A stretch of 58,845 bases of DNA from an uncultured virus (IMG/VR IMGVR_UViG_3300030001_000223) (lineage: Duplodnaviria; Heunggongvirae; Uroviricota; Caudoviricetes), in IMG/VR virus record IMGVR_UViG_3300030001_000223, positions 62,001 through 120,845 of that record, one strand, 5' to 3'. A program made the translations under genes and the position numbers. Positions 1 to 11,137 of the stretch are shown piece after piece. Position 1 is the first letter of the stretch, and each line of letters starts with the position of its first letter. The notes beneath the pieces were generated by a model. The model was given only the letters and a program-made list of their open reading frames with translations. It was not told the DNA's origin and made no database searches.

Positions 1-2
1 AT

Positions 3-575
3 CAACATATTACTCAAGTAGATGAATTTGATGAAGAAATAGAAATAATCAAGCCAGTTGTACAATCAGATGTAATTTATGTACAAGCTACAGATGAAGA
101 AAGACTTCTTATTAATGTTTCAGAAAAGAAAGTGCTAACTGATATGGGATTTGAAAAATTAACAGATGTCTTTTTAAAGAATAAATTAAAACAATATTAC
201 GACCAATGCTATAAAGAAATAAGAAGAGAAATGAAAGACTTAAACTTCTATTTTCAAGCTTATGATATAATTTATGATTTTGATATTCTAGCAAATGAAT
301 TAGAAAAGCGTGGATATGATGATTGGAGTAAAGAACTAAAAAAAGAACAGTCAGATATAATTAATAGTGGTGCTATGAATAGAATAATGGACAATGCTGA
401 AAAAAGAAAAGATAAAGCAACTCCTGATCTTGGAACACTATTAGAATCTGATAGGAAATATATTAGGACACAAGATGATTATATAGCAAATTATAGTCAA
501 CTAAACAATAGTGTAATTAATGTGAATTCTAAAAACATTAAGGCTAATGTCAAGAAAACTAAAAATAAAAAATAG
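3..575 (+). CDS. 5'-truncated hypothetical protein (frame open from window start)
   Basis: Frame of the 132..575 ORF has no stop back to base 3 (QHITQVDEFDEE...), so the start lies outside the window. Confidence 0.7.
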   Translation, partial: QHITQVDEFDEEIEIIKPVVQSDVIYVQATDEERLLINVSEKKVLTDMGFEKLTDVFLKNKLKQYYDQCYKEIRREMKDLNFYFQAYDIIYDFDILANELEKRGYDDWSKELKKEQSDIINSGAMNRIMDNAEKRKDKATPDLGTLLESDRKYIRTQDDYIANYSQLNNSVINVNSKNIKANVKKTKNKK

Positions 576-829
576 TCACTTTTAGAGTCTGTTATATTGT
601 ATATAGGGGATTCATACAATCACTATTATAATGTTTTCTGAAAGTGACAAAATAAATTAAAAGTCAATTCTATTTGTGAGTCTGAAAGACGAAACAAAAG
701 AACAACCGACAGGGCGTTAGGTGTTGGCACTAAAGTTTGGGTGGATAAGAGTCTTGTAGCTAACGCTACGCTTTTCTTCCACCTACGGTGTCAGAGAATT
801 ATACTAATTGAATTATGGAGTGATTTAAA

Positions 830-1132
830 ATGAGTGGAGTATACATAATTAAAAATTTAAATAAATCTACTGAGGACAAGCTTTTCGTAAAAATAGGTTG
901 TTCAAAAGATATAGATAAAAGATTTTCACAGATTAAAAGTAGCCACAGATTTAATGGAAGTTTAGATGAATTAGAAATTTATAAAACTATTGAATGTAAA
1001 TCATATATGAAGTTAGAAAAAATAATCCATCAAATAATGAAAAGCAGACAACAAGTTAATGAATGGTATTTTACAGAACCAAACTTTTTGGAAGGTAGAT
1101 TGGCGATGGTTGATTTAAACAGATATAATTAA
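830..1132 (+). CDS. GIY-YIG superfamily (T5orf172/MUG113-like) protein
   Basis: GVYIIK...VKIGCSKDIDKRFSQI...LEKIIH...NEWY pattern; GGAG RBS. Confidence 0.75.
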   Translation: MSGVYIIKNLNKSTEDKLFVKIGCSKDIDKRFSQIKSSHRFNGSLDELEIYKTIECKSYMKLEKIIHQIMKSRQQVNEWYFTEPNFLEGRLAMVDLNRYN

Positions 1133-1154
1133 TAAATTAATAGAACAATAAAAG

Positions 1155-1186
1155 GAGATTAGGAAATAAAATCCTAGTCTCTTTTT
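1155..1186 (+). terminator. intrinsic terminator
   Basis: GAGATTAGGA/TCCTAGTCTC stem followed by T tract. Confidence 0.7.
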
Positions 1187-1319
1187 AAAATAAATTCCAA
1201 TTCAAATTCATCATTTATCCACAGTTGTTTTTATAAGATTTATTTTAGATTAGTAAATCTTAAAAGATAATTTTTGCAAAGATTATTAACTGAACAAATT
1301 ATACAATAGAAAGGAATGA

Positions 1320-1628
1320 TTGATAATGTCTTTTATAAGCTACAACATAAAAAAAGGTAATGAATATAATCGTTTTACAAAAGAACTTGATTTTTTTACT
1401 GAAGATTCTGGAGTAACTACTAGTAATTTTAGTAATTATATGTCTAATAATTTTAGTAATTATGATGATGAGATTGGATTTATTCCACAAGGAACTATAG
1501 GAATATTAACCACAATGACAGATATGTACGTTGCCAGATTTCTAGAAGATACGGGGAATATAAACCCAGAAAATAATTGGCATGAGGGAGTATGGTTTTT
1601 ACTTGCAAGTGTGCCTAGAGTTTTATAA
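1320..1628 (+). CDS. hypothetical protein, first gene of tail-fibre block
   Basis: ORF with GAAAGGAA RBS. Confidence 0.6.
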   Translation: MIMSFISYNIKKGNEYNRFTKELDFFTEDSGVTTSNFSNYMSNNFSNYDDEIGFIPQGTIGILTTMTDMYVARFLEDTGNINPENNWHEGVWFLLASVPRVL

Positions 1629-1646
1629 GAAAGGAGGAAATAAATT

Positions 1647-4600
1647 ATGAATTTAGGTTTAGTAATAGCTTTAATTGAAGCATTAGGAAAACAAATATCA
1701 TCAAAATATGAAAGTATTGGTATTATAGGAATAAACACTACAGATACAGGAATTAATTTTATACTGGCTGATGGAACTAATATACCTATATCTATTTCAG
1801 GGTGGCACTCACTAACTGTAGACGAACAATATACACTTTCTCAGTTGGTGGCTTCTGCAAACGATAAAGGAAAAACTTACATTGGTGGGGATCTCAAAAA
1901 ATATCCTATAAATTTTAATGAAACAAATGATAATAAATCATATAGTTTTACTATTGCTGATTGGACAAAAATATCAGATACAGAATATACATTGACAAAA
2001 ATCCACAACTTAAATGATGATGTAATTCCATATATTAAAAATAGTGTGGGAAAAGCTGAAACATTAGGAATTGATACGAGTGATCCAAATAAAATAGTAT
2101 TGACGTCGACTAATGCTTTTGCTGGAATAATGCTTTTAAATTTTTCAAGTTCAAACGGAAATAGAATAAATAATATTGCAACAGTAAGTAGTTCATATAT
2201 ATTTAAAAGTATAACTGAAAGAGACACTTATTTTAGTGCAAATATGGGTTCTTTACAAAATGGGCTTGTGACTATAGTAAATAATGGAACTATGGCAACA
2301 TTATATACTTGGGGAGGAGCAGATAGTCCACAAGGATTATATGATTCAAGTTTATGGAATGACTCCACAGCATTAATCAAAGGTGAAAAAGGCATCAATG
2401 GAGATAAACCTAAACATAAATTTGATAATAATAAACTATATTTTGAAAATCCTGATGGAAGTTATGATGAAGGGTTAACTTTATATGGAAATATAGATAA
2501 GAGTAAATTTGTAGAATTTTTAAAGGATTTCGAGGGAAATAATTTGGACGACCTTACTTTGTACTTAGATAAACACAAAACTTTTCTTAATGGCTTGTTT
2601 ATTGGTGATGAAAAAGTAGAAGGTTCTTTTAAAATAGTAACTAATAATAGTAAATTAGAATATCAAAGATTAGAAAATGGGGTATATAAAACTATTGGTA
2701 CAATTGGATCTTATACTACAGATGTAATTAATTTAGATTCAGCTTATAGTACAGTTAATTTCAAGACTCCTACGAGAGATTTAAATCTAGCAAGAATTAC
2801 AACTGATGGTAATTCAGTACAAGTAGGAGATGTACGATTAGATAGATTAATATTATCTGGAAAAGAAGTATACTCACAAAAATTAGAAGATACAAATACA
2901 TCTTATAATTATATAGTTAATAATGATACTAGTATAACACAACCTATTACTGATTGGGATTTTACTATAAATATACCATCTCAAAACAATTATAGTTATT
3001 ATGCACTATATGCAGTTGATACAGACAATACTACTACTGGATATTACAAGTATACAATTACAGACGTGTTAACTGGAAATTTAGTATACTATAGTGGTTC
3101 ACCTTTTGAGTTAAAACAAGGATTAACATATAAATTTATAACTACAGGATTACATACAGAAACTCTTCCTAAACTAGTACATTTAACTTGTGGAAGACAA
3201 TATAAAATAACTTTTACAGCACAAAATTCAATTGGATTTAAAGGTGGCTTAATTGGAGGACAATTCAAGCCATATTGCGTTTTAAAATATTATTTTGCTG
3301 AAGAAGATAAATTAATATCTAAAGGTGATGTAACAGATAGTGTGAGTTCAAATAGTTCTACGACTATAGCAAGTTCAAAAGCAGTTTATACTTTATCACA
3401 AGCTATAAATTCAATTTCAGGTGGCATGAGTCCAATTATTCCAATTTCGGTATCTGATTTTTCTGCTTTAAAAAGTGGTGTAAATGGAACTCATTACATT
3501 TTGAGTAATGACGGTGCTATTTTAGGTGAAACTGTTCATAAATACGATAACATATTTATAGTTAATACATTTGGAGATACAGTTGCAACAGAAAGACCTA
3601 TTTTATCTAGTGATTATGTTTTGATTTCTGCAAATAGTAATACAAAAGGTAATATATTTATAACCAATGTTGAACCTATTAATAGTAGTAAAAGTGTAAT
3701 AAAGACAATGAATACTTATCCTGACAATGGCTCGATTTTATCTGTAGTGTCTGATGATAACAGTTATAAAATTACAGTTGAGTGGGACAGGGGTGAGGAC
3801 TATGTAGGGTTGGTAAGCGTGAATGGAAAAGATGTGAAAGGAATAACCAATATAGGTGGAGGGTCATATACGGGTTATGTTGTTCTGAATTCTACAGATA
3901 TAAATTCTAATAAAATAACAGCAACCTTAAATTTAAATACTTATACTATAGCTTTTTCTGTAGTTTCGCCACCTTCAATATCGTCAATTACTTTTGGCAG
4001 TCTACCTAATAGCCAAACAGAATTAAAAAAAGGAGATTTTATAAATGTAACAATTGTTACAGATAAACCAATAGATACTGTAGAATTTCAAGATATAGGT
4101 GCATTTCAACACCAAACAATATCTGCAACAAATAACACCACAGTAACAGTTTCAGGAACTATAGCAAATCGTGGTATTACTCTACAAAATTTAAAAGCGT
4201 CAATAAGAGTTAAAAGCACAGAAGGTTCTTGGAGTGATATAACTGAAAGTACAGATACCTTACCTTTAAATAATATAAAACCTAGTATCACATTAATAAG
4301 TAAAACATTCTCTAATGGATTTAGTGCATTGAAAAATTCAGAAACATGTATAGTGCAAGTATCTTCAACAGATTGTGATACTTTGATTTCAAGTGCAATA
4401 GGAACAGAATTAAATGTTGATGCAATGGTCGGAAATGATTGCACAGTAACTAGATTAAATGGAGATTATAATGATTTAATTGCAAATTTAAAAATAGAAG
4501 GAACTAGAGCAAATAATGGGGCTACTAATTATTTAGATATTTGTGTTGAAATTGCCAATGTACCACCTACAGTAACTAATACGTCTTCAGTTCCTAAAAT

Positions 4601-5126
4601 TAGAACAGGTGAAAATAAGCCAGTATTATGTTCTTTTGACCAAAAAGTTAAAATAACGAATTGTGCAATAGCCTCACCAAATAAAGGTGCATTAGTTACT
4701 GGAACATTGCCTACATCTTCATATGATACAAGTTATTCACCTAATATTAGTGTGTTAGATGCTGATAATCATAGTAATAATAATTTAACTATGACTTTAA
4801 CAATTACAAATATGAGTGGATTATCTGCTGTAGTTGAAAAATATTATGTAATTTGTGGATTTATACAAAAACAAATAACAGTAAATTATCCAGCCACAGC
4901 AACAACTATTCCAACAATTATAAATTCAAATAGTTTAATTATATCAGGTGTTATTAATAGTAGTCAGCCTTATAATATTGTAACAAATTATATTAATCCA
5001 CCAATTTCAATAAGTGATTATTTTATAAATGGTAATATTTTAAATTTACCACCATTGGGAGTATTAGGTAGTTTTTACTATAGTGTATCTAATCCAATAA
5101 TTATAACAATTGAAGAAACAGTTTAG
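1647..5126 (+). CDS. large virion structural / tail-associated protein
   Basis: 1159 aa, S/T/N-rich beta-type composition, short collagen-like GEKGINGDK, tail-fibre-like repeat SSTTIASSKAV; AAGGAGG RBS. Confidence 0.6.
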   Translation: MNLGLVIALIEALGKQISSKYESIGIIGINTTDTGINFILADGTNIPISISGWHSLTVDEQYTLSQLVASANDKGKTYIGGDLKKYPINFNETNDNKSYSFTIADWTKISDTEYTLTKIHNLNDDVIPYIKNSVGKAETLGIDTSDPNKIVLTSTNAFAGIMLLNFSSSNGNRINNIATVSSSYIFKSITERDTYFSANMGSLQNGLVTIVNNGTMATLYTWGGADSPQGLYDSSLWNDSTALIKGEKGINGDKPKHKFDNNKLYFENPDGSYDEGLTLYGNIDKSKFVEFLKDFEGNNLDDLTLYLDKHKTFLNGLFIGDEKVEGSFKIVTNNSKLEYQRLENGVYKTIGTIGSYTTDVINLDSAYSTVNFKTPTRDLNLARITTDGNSVQVGDVRLDRLILSGKEVYSQKLEDTNTSYNYIVNNDTSITQPITDWDFTINIPSQNNYSYYALYAVDTDNTTTGYYKYTITDVLTGNLVYYSGSPFELKQGLTYKFITTGLHTETLPKLVHLTCGRQYKITFTAQNSIGFKGGLIGGQFKPYCVLKYYFAEEDKLISKGDVTDSVSSNSSTTIASSKAVYTLSQAINSISGGMSPIIPISVSDFSALKSGVNGTHYILSNDGAILGETVHKYDNIFIVNTFGDTVATERPILSSDYVLISANSNTKGNIFITNVEPINSSKSVIKTMNTYPDNGSILSVVSDDNSYKITVEWDRGEDYVGLVSVNGKDVKGITNIGGGSYTGYVVLNSTDINSNKITATLNLNTYTIAFSVVSPPSISSITFGSLPNSQTELKKGDFINVTIVTDKPIDTVEFQDIGAFQHQTISATNNTTVTVSGTIANRGITLQNLKASIRVKSTEGSWSDITESTDTLPLNNIKPSITLISKTFSNGFSALKNSETCIVQVSSTDCDTLISSAIGTELNVDAMVGNDCTVTRLNGDYNDLIANLKIEGTRANNGATNYLDICVEIANVPPTVTNTSSVPKIRTGENKPVLCSFDQKVKITNCAIASPNKGALVTGTLPTSSYDTSYSPNISVLDADNHSNNNLTMTLTITNMSGLSAVVEKYYVICGFIQKQITVNYPATATTIPTIINSNSLIISGVINSSQPYNIVTNYINPPISISDYFINGNILNLPPLGVLGSFYYSVSNPIIITIEETV

Positions 5127-5149
5127 GGACTATGAAAATAGTCCTTTTT
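5125..5149 (+). terminator. intrinsic terminator
   Basis: GGACTAT-GAAA-ATAGTCC followed by T tract. Confidence 0.7.
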
Positions 5150-5184
5150 ATATTTAAAAAATTTAGAAAGGACGTGATATATAG

Positions 5185-6417
5185 ATGTCATATTTAGAAA
5201 AAGCATGGATAGATGAAAATTGGATGTCAAAAAGTAATTATGAAGAAGTTGTAACTGCTGGATTACCAAATGATAAACCAGCAGTTAATTTTTTAGTTAG
5301 ATTTAGTTCTACTGATAAATGTGTTTATGTATTCCAAGGGGATGGAACGGGATTAAATGGTGTATGGTCGAAGGGTCTTGGGGGAAGTGGAAGTGGACTT
5401 ACTCCTTTTTTTAAAAATAATTCGTTTTCAGCTAAGATAGGAGAACTTTATTTAACCGATGTGTCTACTCAATCTATTGCAGTGGATATGTCTAATACGT
5501 TAAAAAAAGATGATACTACGGGATTATATAGTATTAATTTAAAATCTGGAGATTATTTTGAAATATTTATAGTGAATGGAGATACTTCAAAAAATACAGT
5601 AACCGTATCTTTGTCAACACTTCAAAATACACCATATAATATTACAGAAAAACTAGAAGGTCAAAGTGGTTCGGATTTTATATTTAATTCAAATAGCTAC
5701 TTTAGATTTACATATGTTAATGATTCTATAGGGTGGAAAGTAAGTTCAATGTCTGGGGCAACTCCCAATGAAGGAATAACGGGCAGTGTCATTCAATTTT
5801 CAGGGTTTGTTTCGCCAAGTGGATATTTCTTTGCGAATGGTGCAAGTACATCAAGAACGGATTATGCAAACTTATTTAATGTGTTAACTTTTAGAACAAA
5901 TGGTGCTTTATCAAATGGAACTAAAAATGTTACAGTTGCAAGTACAAGTAATTTATATCTAAATGAAAGAATAGAGGGTACTGGAATACCAGATGGAACA
6001 ACTATTACAAGTATTACTGATGCCACTCATTTTGTAATAAGTAATAATGCAACAATAACAGGAACGACTAGTATATTAGTATTACCATATGGGTCAGTTT
6101 CTAATACTACTTTTAATTTGCCAAATTTTTGTGGAAGAGTGCCAGTTATGCCAGATGGAACAACTGAATTTAAAGCGTTGGGTATAACTGGAGGAGAAAA
6201 ATCGCATCAATTAACACAAGCTGAAATGCCCTCACATCAACATTATATTTATGGATCTAAAGGCGTAGATGATAAAAACTTTGATGGAACTGGTGGAAGG
6301 GTTTCCGCTAGTGATACTCAAAATTCATGGAATCCAGTGACAGGTAGTGCAGGAAATGATTATGCACATAATAATATACAACCTTATATTGGTATAAATA
6401 TGATTATTAAGTATTAA
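5185..6417 (+). CDS. tail-collar-domain tail fibre protein
   Basis: GSVIQFSG..PSGYFFANG..SRTDYANLF, FNLPNFCGRVP, GGEKSHQLTQAEMPSH, HNNIQPYIGINMIIKY. Confidence 0.8.
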   Translation: MSYLEKAWIDENWMSKSNYEEVVTAGLPNDKPAVNFLVRFSSTDKCVYVFQGDGTGLNGVWSKGLGGSGSGLTPFFKNNSFSAKIGELYLTDVSTQSIAVDMSNTLKKDDTTGLYSINLKSGDYFEIFIVNGDTSKNTVTVSLSTLQNTPYNITEKLEGQSGSDFIFNSNSYFRFTYVNDSIGWKVSSMSGATPNEGITGSVIQFSGFVSPSGYFFANGASTSRTDYANLFNVLTFRTNGALSNGTKNVTVASTSNLYLNERIEGTGIPDGTTITSITDATHFVISNNATITGTTSILVLPYGSVSNTTFNLPNFCGRVPVMPDGTTEFKALGITGGEKSHQLTQAEMPSHQHYIYGSKGVDDKNFDGTGGRVSASDTQNSWNPVTGSAGNDYAHNNIQPYIGINMIIKY

Positions 6418-6449
6418 AAAATAAATTAAAATAAGAAAGGAGATAAAAG

Positions 6450-7982
6450 ATGAATATTTATTCTAAAGATTATTCTTTAAATTCAGATACAAAAATGGCA
6501 AAACTTCTAAATTCAACAGATAATGATATAGCTATTATTTCAAATAACTCAGTTGCAGATAGTGGAATCCAATACACGAATTTAGCAACTCTTACTGGAA
6601 CACAAATATTATCTAACAAATCATTATCTGATTCTACAACTTATATCGTAGACGATACTGATATAACAAAGAAAGCACAATTTGAAGCAAGTGGAATAAC
6701 TACAGGTACAACTAAAACTTTAACGATTCCTAATAAATCTGGAACTTTAGCTTTATTAGATGATGCTAGAATGACAGATTGGGTATTGACAAATAGTTAT
6801 AAACAAAATGATAGATGTTATTGGAAGGGTATTCTTTGTCAAGCAAATAGTGATATTCTTGCTAATATTGCTTTCGCATGGGGAATAAATGGAGCAACAT
6901 GGAGTCCAGTGATAGGATATGGATACACATGGAAAGGTATATTTTCTAACACTTCTACATATGCAGTAAATGATATTATTGTATCATCTACAACTGGCAC
7001 TATAATATATAGATGTGGAATTGCAATAATTGTAGCAAGTATAAATTATGAACCAGTGTCAGGAATTAATAGAAACTTTTTTATTCCAACATCATTGGGA
7101 AGTATACAAGAATTCGTGGGGGCAACAAGTACCTCAAATGGACAAGCTGGGTTAATACCAGCTACAACTATTTCACAAGGATTAAATATTGTTACTGGAC
7201 AAGGGTTTAAGTCACAAAAAGACATAGTACCGACTTTTGCATCAGTTAATACTCCAGTAGATTTTTATATAGGTGATAGAGCTTTCTACTATGGAGTTCT
7301 AGTTGAAGCAACTGCAAATGTGATGAGTGGAACAGCATTGAATTGGAATTCATGGAAACCTGCTATATGCTCGGATGGGACGTTTAAATGGAGGGGAACA
7401 TTTTTAGCAACATCAACTTATAACGTAAATGATATTGTCACTAAGAATGCAGTAGATACAACTTTTTATAGATGTATGACGGCAATAACCACTGCAAGTA
7501 CTAATTTTGACCCTTCTACTGGTTTAAATAGACATTATTGGCAACCGATGACACAAGCAAATACAAATGTATTTTCTCCAGCAACAGCATCTTTAAATGG
7601 TCAATCAGGATTAGTTCCAGCACCATTAGTTGGTCAACAAAACGCTATTTTAAAAGGAAATGGATGGGGAATGTCTATATATAAAGGAACTGTAACTATT
7701 GGTGATGTAGGTGGGACAAGTGGTGTGTTACCTACATCTGGTGATATAACATCTGCGTCTGCAACTGCATCACCTACAATAGATATAACTATAAATCATC
7801 CTTCTGTATCTGCTAATGCGATATATAATATTACAATTGAAAATATGGGGAATGAATTATATGCTAATGATATAACCCAAGTAGAGTTTACAAGAATATC
7901 TACTAGTCAAATAAGAGTATATTTTGAAGAGACATCTTCATCGGTACAAAACATAAAATTAAATATTATGATATTCGATTAA
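6450..7982 (+). CDS. tail fibre protein with two internal ~150-aa repeats (carbohydrate-binding-module-like)
   Basis: WKGIFSNTSTYAVNDII..YRC..GQAGLIPA recurs as WRGTFLATSTYNVNDIV..YRC..GQSGLVPA. Confidence 0.65.
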   Translation: MNIYSKDYSLNSDTKMAKLLNSTDNDIAIISNNSVADSGIQYTNLATLTGTQILSNKSLSDSTTYIVDDTDITKKAQFEASGITTGTTKTLTIPNKSGTLALLDDARMTDWVLTNSYKQNDRCYWKGILCQANSDILANIAFAWGINGATWSPVIGYGYTWKGIFSNTSTYAVNDIIVSSTTGTIIYRCGIAIIVASINYEPVSGINRNFFIPTSLGSIQEFVGATSTSNGQAGLIPATTISQGLNIVTGQGFKSQKDIVPTFASVNTPVDFYIGDRAFYYGVLVEATANVMSGTALNWNSWKPAICSDGTFKWRGTFLATSTYNVNDIVTKNAVDTTFYRCMTAITTASTNFDPSTGLNRHYWQPMTQANTNVFSPATASLNGQSGLVPAPLVGQQNAILKGNGWGMSIYKGTVTIGDVGGTSGVLPTSGDITSASATASPTIDITINHPSVSANAIYNITIENMGNELYANDITQVEFTRISTSQIRVYFEETSSSVQNIKLNIMIFD

Positions 7983-8018
7983 CAGAATAAAACACGTTAA
8001 AATAGCAAGTTTAATTTT

Positions 8019-8052
8019 GAAGACCTAGATAAAACAATTCTAGGTCTCTTTC
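8019..8052 (+). terminator. intrinsic terminator
   Basis: AGACCTAGA/TCTAGGTCT stem followed by T-rich tail. Confidence 0.6.
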
Positions 8053-8098
8053 TCATGTAACAAAAGATAAATATATAAAAAATGAAAGGAGTGGTCTT

Positions 8099-10105
8099 AT
8101 GGAAACAGGACAAGTTCTTACCACACTAGCTGAACTAGTTACCTCTAATACTACTATAGCTAATAAGCAAGATAAAACAGATAATACTTTGAATACCACC
8201 GACAAAACTATTGTGGGTTCGATTAATGAAATAAATAATAAAGAATTATCAAATGAAACAAGTATTAATTCTCATGTGTCAGATATAACTAATCCTCATA
8301 ATACAAATTTATCTCAATTAAAGGATATTATAATTGCTAATCCTACAGATAAACAGGTGTTGGGTTATAATTTAGCTAGTTCAAAATTTATTAATCAAGA
8401 TAATGTTGATGAAAAAGTAAAAATAACTTCTACAAGTTCAAGTAAATATCTAGGTGAATGGTTAGATGGAGTTAGTATACAAAATATAGGTAGTAAATTA
8501 GTTTGTAAATCTTTAGATGGAATGGATATAACTCTTGTAGAATTGAACAGACTATCAGGAATTGACAAAAATATAATGGATTACTTGAATGCAATTTCAA
8601 ATCCTATGACCGTAAAAGCAGTAGTAAATACTTATACTGATTTAGCGTCTATTACATCTCTATCTAATGGAAATGTTGCAATAGTAAAATCGGATGGAAC
8701 TCATGACAATAAGCAGTGGACGTATATTTATATAAATAGTGCATGGAATTCAATTGCAGAAAATACTGTGAATGTTCGTGATTTTTCAGTAGATAAGTTA
8801 GATTTAATATCTGAAGTGAAAAATAAATTGCCACAAGTAAATATTGATATGACTGACATTATTAAAACAACAGATTTGGCTAATTATTTAAAAGTAAATG
8901 ACGCTTCGTCTACTTATGCAACTATAACACAAGTTGGATTAAAAGCAAATAACTCAGATATTTATACTCAAACACAAACAGATAATTTATTAAATAATAA
9001 AGCTAACTCAACTCATACTCATGTAATCAGTGATGTTACTAATTTACAATCTACCTTAGATAACAAATTAAATGTAAGCAATATAAAATCTGGAACAAAT
9101 GTTACTGTTGAAACAGACTCAAATAATAATATTACAATAAATTCTACTGCTACAGGTGGAAGCGGAACGTCAATTGATGATTCAAACATATCTACATCAA
9201 CTACATATTCATCTGATAAAATAAATTATAATTATGTTTCTAAGGTTATTGGAAAACAACTTAGTACAGAAGATTATACAACAGTAGAAAAAACTAAATT
9301 AGCTAATATTACTGGAACTAACACAGGAGACGAAACTCAAACAACTATAAAAACAAAAATAGGAAGTGCATCAACTACTCAAGATGGTTGTTTGACAAGT
9401 ATAGATTGGAATACTTTTAATAATAAACAAAATAAGATATTTATTCAATCTACACAACCAACAATTGCAACAGATAATATATGGATAGATAATACTAATC
9501 CTATAAGTTATGCTTTGAAAGTATGCAATAGTACAAGCTATATCCAAGTAGGTAATAGTTCTAGTGGTTCAGTTCAAGAAATAGTAATTCAAAATACTCA
9601 ACCTAGTGATACAACCATAAAATTATGGCTAGATACTTCATCAAATCCAGTATTAAAATGGTATAACGGTACTTCATGGATTAGTATTGGTTCAAGTTCT
9701 GGGCATGTAATTAAAGATAGTACGACGACTACTTTTACACAAAGAAAAAATTTAAAGTTTACAGGCTCGGTTACTATAACAGATAATCCAACAGATGATG
9801 CAACAATTATTGATGTAAATAATAATTTTAGTACACCAGTTGAACCAAAAGAATCAATAGCATTAGTAGATGGACAAGATACTTATGAAGTAATAAGTCA
9901 TACAGTGGGTAGTAAATATATGTTTATTCTTGTTGATGGAGTTAGGATACCTTATTCAGATTATACTGATGTAGATTCAACGCATATTCAATTAAAAACT
10001 AATATCACAACTGATATTAAAAAAGATATGGTCATAACTTCTTTTTCTATAATAATAGAAACGGTATTAAATAATTCATCTATTTTAAATGGTGGTGAAT
10101 TTTAA
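8099..10105 (+). CDS. tail fibre protein
   Basis: Fibre-type repeats (LNTTDKTIVGSINE, HTHVISDVTNLQSTLDNK, LSTEDYTTVEKTKL); ends ILNGGEF. Confidence 0.7.
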   Translation: METGQVLTTLAELVTSNTTIANKQDKTDNTLNTTDKTIVGSINEINNKELSNETSINSHVSDITNPHNTNLSQLKDIIIANPTDKQVLGYNLASSKFINQDNVDEKVKITSTSSSKYLGEWLDGVSIQNIGSKLVCKSLDGMDITLVELNRLSGIDKNIMDYLNAISNPMTVKAVVNTYTDLASITSLSNGNVAIVKSDGTHDNKQWTYIYINSAWNSIAENTVNVRDFSVDKLDLISEVKNKLPQVNIDMTDIIKTTDLANYLKVNDASSTYATITQVGLKANNSDIYTQTQTDNLLNNKANSTHTHVISDVTNLQSTLDNKLNVSNIKSGTNVTVETDSNNNITINSTATGGSGTSIDDSNISTSTTYSSDKINYNYVSKVIGKQLSTEDYTTVEKTKLANITGTNTGDETQTTIKTKIGSASTTQDGCLTSIDWNTFNNKQNKIFIQSTQPTIATDNIWIDNTNPISYALKVCNSTSYIQVGNSSSGSVQEIVIQNTQPSDTTIKLWLDTSSNPVLKWYNGTSWISIGSSSGHVIKDSTTTTFTQRKNLKFTGSVTITDNPTDDATIIDVNNNFSTPVEPKESIALVDGQDTYEVISHTVGSKYMFILVDGVRIPYSDYTDVDSTHIQLKTNITTDIKKDMVITSFSIIIETVLNNSSILNGGEF

Positions 10106-10155
10106 TAAAACATATTGATAAAATATAAATTAACAAAAGAAAGGTGGAATTTTAA

Positions 10156-11097
10156 ATGGCACAAACTATACAACTAAAAAGAGGATTAAATGCAAATTTA
10201 TCAAGCTTAACATTGCAAGCTGGAGAACCAGCCTTTACTACGGATACAGGAAAATTATATATAGGTGATGGAACAAATAATATATTGATTAATTCTGATA
10301 TTGCAAATGTAGCAACAGCAGACAAATTAACAAATGCTAGAACCATTTCATCATCTGGTGATGCAACAGGGTCAACGACTTTTGATGGTTCTTCTAATGT
10401 ATCTATGGCTTTAACATTAGCTAATACTGGAGTAACTACAGGAACTTATACGAAATTTACAGTTGATGCGAAAGGTAGAATAACTAATGGAACTACATTA
10501 TTAGCAACCGATATTCCAATATTAACATTATCTAAAATAAGTGATGTTGGAACAGTAGCTTCAAAAAATACAGGAACAGCAAGTGGAAATATTCCTGTAT
10601 TGGATTCAAATGGGAAATTAGATACAAATGTATTACCATCATTAACTATAAATAACACTTACGTAGTATCTACACAAATTGCAATGTTAGCATTATCTGC
10701 AAACGTAGGTGACGTTGCAGTAAGAACAGATTTAAGTAAGTCATTTATATTAAAAATATCTGGTGCTAGCACATTAGCAAATTGGCAAGAATTATTAACT
10801 CCTACAGATGTTGTTCAGAGTGTAGCAGGCAAAACAGGATCAGTTACACTTACTTCTAGTGATGTAGGATTAGGAAATGTAACAAATGAAAGTAAAGCCA
10901 CTATGTTTACTAATCCTACTTTTACGGGTACAGCAACAGCTTCAATAAGCGGTAATGCTGGAACATCAACTAAACTTGCTACAGCAAGAACAATAGCTAT
11001 AAGTGGAGATGTAAATGGTTCAGCTACAAGTTTTGATGGTTCAGCCAATATAATAATCTCTGCAACTATATCTACAATAGACGGTGGAGTTTTTTAA
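10156..11097 (+). CDS. tail fibre protein with Mtd N-terminal-like domain
   Basis: IQLKRG..LQAGEPAFTTDTGKLYIGDG; ATADKLTNARTI and SVAGKTGSVTLTSSDVGLGNV fibre repeats; ends IDGGVF. Confidence 0.75.
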   Translation: MAQTIQLKRGLNANLSSLTLQAGEPAFTTDTGKLYIGDGTNNILINSDIANVATADKLTNARTISSSGDATGSTTFDGSSNVSMALTLANTGVTTGTYTKFTVDAKGRITNGTTLLATDIPILTLSKISDVGTVASKNTGTASGNIPVLDSNGKLDTNVLPSLTINNTYVVSTQIAMLALSANVGDVAVRTDLSKSFILKISGASTLANWQELLTPTDVVQSVAGKTGSVTLTSSDVGLGNVTNESKATMFTNPTFTGTATASISGNAGTSTKLATARTIAISGDVNGSATSFDGSANIIISATISTIDGGVF

Positions 11098-11137
11098 TCA
11101 AATAATAAATTAATATAGCAAAAAGGAGAGTGAAAAA

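Noticed and set aside
668..702. Hammerhead ribozyme suggested by GTGAGTCTGAAAGACGAAAC
   Set aside because: Lacks the CUGANGA core, and the flanks pair with each other as one hairpin rather than forming stems I and III
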